Source: Candidatus Babeliales bacterium (GTDB taxonomy: Bacteria > Babelota > Babeliae > Babelales > JANWKD01). From it: a stretch of 64,000 nt of DNA. The stretch is from positions 1,056,001-1,120,000 of the forward strand of contig CAVRJM010000001.1 in NCBI GenBank assembly GCA_963722075.1, read 5' to 3'. This document shows, one piece after another, positions 60,515 through 64,000 of the stretch (its first letter is position 1; the number at the start of each line of letters is the position of its first letter). The notes under the pieces were generated by a model that saw only the letters and a program-made list of their open reading frames with translations, was not told the origin of the DNA and ran no database searches. The position numbers and the translations under genes are program-made.

Positions 60515-61333
60515 TTAATTTTGAAATGATGCTTCACCAGTAATTGTATCATTCTTCTTCGATTTACGTCGTTCTTTATTCAAAAGCACCCGATTATAAA
60601 TAGCATCATCTTCAATGCGCTCTAAATTCATAAGCACTTTAAAGGTCTCCCAACTGGTGCGAACAATGGGCGGTGGATTATGCCGGTGCTGCCAAACGTA
60701 TAATCGTGTTTTAGGATCAGCAGGGCTACCACTGCCAAAATCTCCATATTTTCTTTTGTATTTTCTATACTGCGCATCGGAAGCAACCTTGGCAAGTATA
60801 GAAGCGGCGCCTACTATCGTATGATTTTCGTCAGCGTAATGTTCAGGAATTAAATTAAGCGCTTTTATTTTCTTTTTATTAAAGACAAAGCCTTTTTGTG
60901 CCAAGAGTTCTTTATGTGATGCATCAGTCAGCACAATTAAGCGTTCTCTAAATCGCTTTTCCGATACTTCCCAATTATCAATATAGATGTTATTAAACGT
61001 ATGCTTACGTTGTAATTTTTTAATAAGTTGTAAAACGGTTAACATTTCCCAATCATTTAACCCCAATGATTTATCATCAATCATTTGTGGTGTTAACTCA
61101 ATAAGGGCAAATCCATGCGCCGTTTCTTTAATTATTTTTGCAAGTTTCTCTCGCTTTTTTGCTGCAATCAACTTGCTATCTTTGACACCTATTTTTTTCC
61201 ATTCTTCTATAGTTGATTGATTGGCAACTACACCTGCAATAAAGATACTCCCAATACAGGGGCACTTAGTGGTATCATCAATACCAAGTATATTTTCGGT
61301 ATTTAAGGGAATTTCGTTAATTAAATCGGACAT
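60515..61333 (-). CDS. rnhB: Atypical RNase HII (archaeal/eukaryotic-like)
   Basis: GIDD, GVKDSK, YID, HYAD..H.IVGAASILAKV, FGSG.P.DP.T, VRTSW. Confidence 0.8.
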   Translation of the reverse strand: MSDLINEIPLNTENILGIDDTTKCPCIGSIFIAGVVANQSTIEEWKKIGVKDSKLIAAKKREKLAKIIKETAHGFALIELTPQMIDDKSLGLNDWEMLTVLQLIKKLQRKHTFNNIYIDNWEVSEKRFRERLIVLTDASHKELLAQKGFVFNKKKIKALNLIPEHYADENHTIVGAASILAKVASDAQYRKYKRKYGDFGSGSPADPKTRLYVWQHRHNPPPIVRTSWETFKVLMNLERIEDDAIYNRVLLNKERRKSKKNDTITGEASFQN

Positions 61334-61402
61334 GTAACCTCCAAAAAGTATATATAGTTAAGATATAAGTATCTCAACTATTGTCAAATGGTAATACCTT
61401 CG

Positions 61403-61846
61403 TTACCAGTGTTTTGTTATATACCCATCAACTGAAAAGGGGCCACCGCCAATAAGGAGAAATGCACCATACACAATTAACAATGAGAGGGGAAAGGAAT
61501 AGATATTATACGGATCACCATGATTAATATGCCACATAAATGCCACCCACATCATAAATACTAATGCAGCACTGGCAATGCGCGTACCAAAACCAGCCAC
61601 TAACATAATACCGCCAAAAAATTCAGTAATAGCCGCTAAAAAGCCCCACATAACGGGTAGAAAATGAATGCCGATGGGAGCTACATACATTCCTAATTCC
61701 CGCCACATTGGTATACCGCCCATTATTTTAGGGATGCCATGGCCAATGGTTAATATACCAATACCAATGCGAATAAGGGTAATAGCGTAATACGTCCAGG
61801 TTAATGAGGCAGGCGCTAATAGATATTGCAATAGAAAATTCATCAA
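61403..61846 (-). CDS. DoxX family membrane protein
   Basis: LIRIGIG....HG..K, EFFGG, G.GTR, GGGPFSVD. Confidence 0.88.
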   Translation of the reverse strand: MMNFLLQYLLAPASLTWTYYAITLIRIGIGILTIGHGIPKIMGGIPMWRELGMYVAPIGIHFLPVMWGFLAAITEFFGGIMLVAGFGTRIASAALVFMMWVAFMWHINHGDPYNIYSFPLSLLIVYGAFLLIGGGPFSVDGYITKHW

Positions 61847-61938
61847 TTTCTCCTAAAATTACTATTTTCTTTTTATCAAGATTTTATGCCCGTGTATTGT
61901 ATATATACCATGGTAGGTATACCTATTTTCAAGAAATC

Positions 61939-63240
61939 TTAATAGGAAAGTAAATGTCGATTACGCAAGGCCAAAATAACAATACCAAGAAGGTTAGGTA
62001 GCGCAACTAAGGGAAGTGCTAAATCCATAATAGCCCAAACAAGCGGAACTTCTATCATTGAACTAATAAAAATTACCAGTGCTACAAAAGCGTAATAACC
62101 TCGTATCCAACGATAATTAGTTAGGGTAGCAAAACTTTGACCACCATTAAAGCTATTGCCCAGCGCTGTAGTAGCAATAAACAACGTGACGCTCATTAAA
62201 AAAAAGATTGGCCCTACGGTTGGTAAATTTTTTTCAAAAACCTGCAATACCAACGTATTACAAAAAGTTCCTTGGTGCCAAATATTGGAACTCAGTACTA
62301 ATAATCCTGATAAAAAGCATAAAAACATATCCGCACTTTGCGAGTACATAGCTAAAATCCCCTGATCAATGGGCCGCTTAACATCTGAAATAGCATGCGC
62401 GATTGAAGCGGTCCCCATTCCTGATTCAGTAATAAATACTGCTTTAAAAACGCCTTCCTTAAGCGAAGAATATACCGTAGCTCCTAAAAATCCGCCAATA
62501 GGCGCAACTGGATAAAAAATAGAATGAAACATGCTGGTAAGTGCATAATAAACTGAACCAGGCATTGACGCTAATATCCAAATACTGCATAGAACATACG
62601 TTACAAACATTAAGGGAACTAACTTACTAGCAACATTGCCTACGCGTTGCGCACCACCCAGTAAAATTAAAAAAATAAACAACGCCAGTAGAAATCCGGT
62701 AACATATTCTGGAACACCGCGTTGAGCACCAATTTCTGCCAGTGCTTTTGATTGAATGCCTGACCAACCAGCAAATAGAAAAATAGTAGCAAATCCATAC
62801 CAACGCGCAAAATAAGGGTGCACTGCCTTTAAATATTCTGCCGGCCCACCAATTATTCTTCCATCAGATAATGTACGCCGATATACGAGTGCAAAAGTAA
62901 CTTCCACTAATTTAGTAGCTGCGCCAAAAAACGCATATAATAGTAACCAAAAAAGGGCGCCTGGCCCACCTACCACAATCGCTAATGAAGGGCCAACAAT
63001 AGTCCCTATACCAATAGAGCTTGCCATAGAAGTAAATAATGCATGGAAGGCATCAATTGTTTTTAAAGAGCCATGCTCTCGTTTAAATCCCGCAGTAATA
63101 AATGATAGAAAATGCCTGAATGCAAAAAATTGGGGTACTTTTAAAAATAGTGTTAAGAAGAATGCCACGGTAAAAAATAAGAAGGCAAAAGGGATGCCGA
63201 TCAACAAATTTATAGTATTAAGAAGAGTAATTAGATCCAT
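61939..63240 (-). CDS. alsT: Alanine/glycine:cation symporter (AGCS/AlsT)
   Basis: GGPGALFW, GGPAEYL, ESGMGTA, PNL. Confidence 0.88.
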   Translation of the reverse strand: MDLITLLNTINLLIGIPFAFLFFTVAFFLTLFLKVPQFFAFRHFLSFITAGFKREHGSLKTIDAFHALFTSMASSIGIGTIVGPSLAIVVGGPGALFWLLLYAFFGAATKLVEVTFALVYRRTLSDGRIIGGPAEYLKAVHPYFARWYGFATIFLFAGWSGIQSKALAEIGAQRGVPEYVTGFLLALFIFLILLGGAQRVGNVASKLVPLMFVTYVLCSIWILASMPGSVYYALTSMFHSIFYPVAPIGGFLGATVYSSLKEGVFKAVFITESGMGTASIAHAISDVKRPIDQGILAMYSQSADMFLCFLSGLLVLSSNIWHQGTFCNTLVLQVFEKNLPTVGPIFFLMSVTLFIATTALGNSFNGGQSFATLTNYRWIRGYYAFVALVIFISSMIEVPLVWAIMDLALPLVALPNLLGIVILALRNRHLLSY

Positions 63241-63343
63241 ATGGTTCCAACAATTAATGACTAACGACAATTTAATAAAATATTGAAATTAATTAGAGCA
63301 GTTGAATATCAACATCGGTAATGAATAGTGATAACAACAAAAC

Positions 63344-63418
63344 GTCGTTGCGAGCTCGTCGAAGCAATCCAGAAAAAATATTTTAACCTGGATCACCACG
63401 GCCTAAAGGCCTCGTGAC
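63344..63418. repeat. Type-A element ending at the IS boundary
   Basis: gtcgttgcgagctcgtcgaagcaatccag...ctggatcaccacggcctaaaggcctcgtgac. Confidence 0.75.
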
Positions 63419-64000
63419 TGTATGTGTTCATAATTTCGAAGAATAATTTACACCCAAGAAACTACAGTTGTCCATTAATTACTATCTTTTTTCTTAAAAG
63501 GGGCTGCAGGAGTCGCAGTAAGCATTGAGGAAGGAATTTTGCCATCCAAACCCTGATGAGGGCGATGCTCATTATAAAAAAAGTTATAACCGAGTACAGC
63601 ATCCTTTAACTCATCGAGAGTATTGTAAACAGCACCTTCAATAACCTCATCATGAAAAGTCCTCCAGAAGCGCTCAATCTTACCATTGGTCTGAGGCCGA
63701 TAAGGCCTTGTTTTAATGTGTTTGATGGCGAAGTGAAGCAATAATCGCTCAAAGGGATGGTTCTTAAGATTCTTTTCAGAAGAACAAAATTCAGAGCCAT
63801 TATCAGTTAAGACTTCATCAAAAGTAATGCTATAGCGCTGATGCATATGTAAAATAACATCCATCATAGCAAAGGCAGCATCAATAGCTTTGATGGACTC
63901 CATTACCTCAACCCAGACTACCCGAGAGTAATCATCAATAACACCAAGAACAAAATAACGAGTATTAGGTTCTGATACGATAATTCCCTTAGGCAAATAA
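63419..64000 (-). mobile_element. IS481-family element, right part; transposase integrase core at 63475->64000
   Basis: IDDYSR, LTDNGSEF, YRPQTNGKIERF, YNEHRPHQGL; TGT...TACA terminus at 63419-63452. Confidence 0.85.

Noticed and set aside
2677..63418. CRISPR array or integron attC interpretation of the palindromes
   Set aside because: The repeats are dispersed and variable in length, with no regular spacers, and no cas or intI gene is present.

Overview
AT-rich bacterial chromosomal window. The many Sec-signal orphan proteins, ankyrin and J-domain putative effectors and a DUF2608-like HAD gene suggest an intracellular protist symbiont, most likely Candidatus Dependentiae/Babeliae (TM6). That assignment is inference from gene content. 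Housekeeping and sugar-nucleotide genes (wecB, wecC, gmd, frameshifted fcl, manC, GT2, rluD-like, mgtE, prs, Fpg, P-type ATPase, oxdC, RNase HII, alsT), tRNA-Glu(TTC), tRNA-Lys(TTT) and a partial IS481-family transposase are interleaved with accessory regions. The best candidate for an undescribed system lies at about 9.5-19.6 kb. It has two secreted precursors with an R-x-x-G-G-G junction followed by an Ala/Gly/Val/Thr zipper (bacteriocin- or pore-toxin-like). Downstream of these is an array of small membrane ORFs in three families, including an unannotated orphan toxin C-terminal tip. Upstream are two divergent multi-TM receptors fused to a degenerate bEBP-type AAA+ domain and a Fis HTH, flanking an unannotated 39-aa peptide gene. 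Together this resembles a pheromone/receptor/toxin/immunity locus. Other notable structure: a ~1.56-kb tandem duplication that builds a chimeric effector, a Cache-pLGIC channel, two nested palindromic repeat families (one inserted in frame in manC), a recurrent signal-peptide + Met(+1) motif, and an atypical RNase HII. Several frameshifts fall in homopolymers or dinucleotide runs and may be assembly errors.
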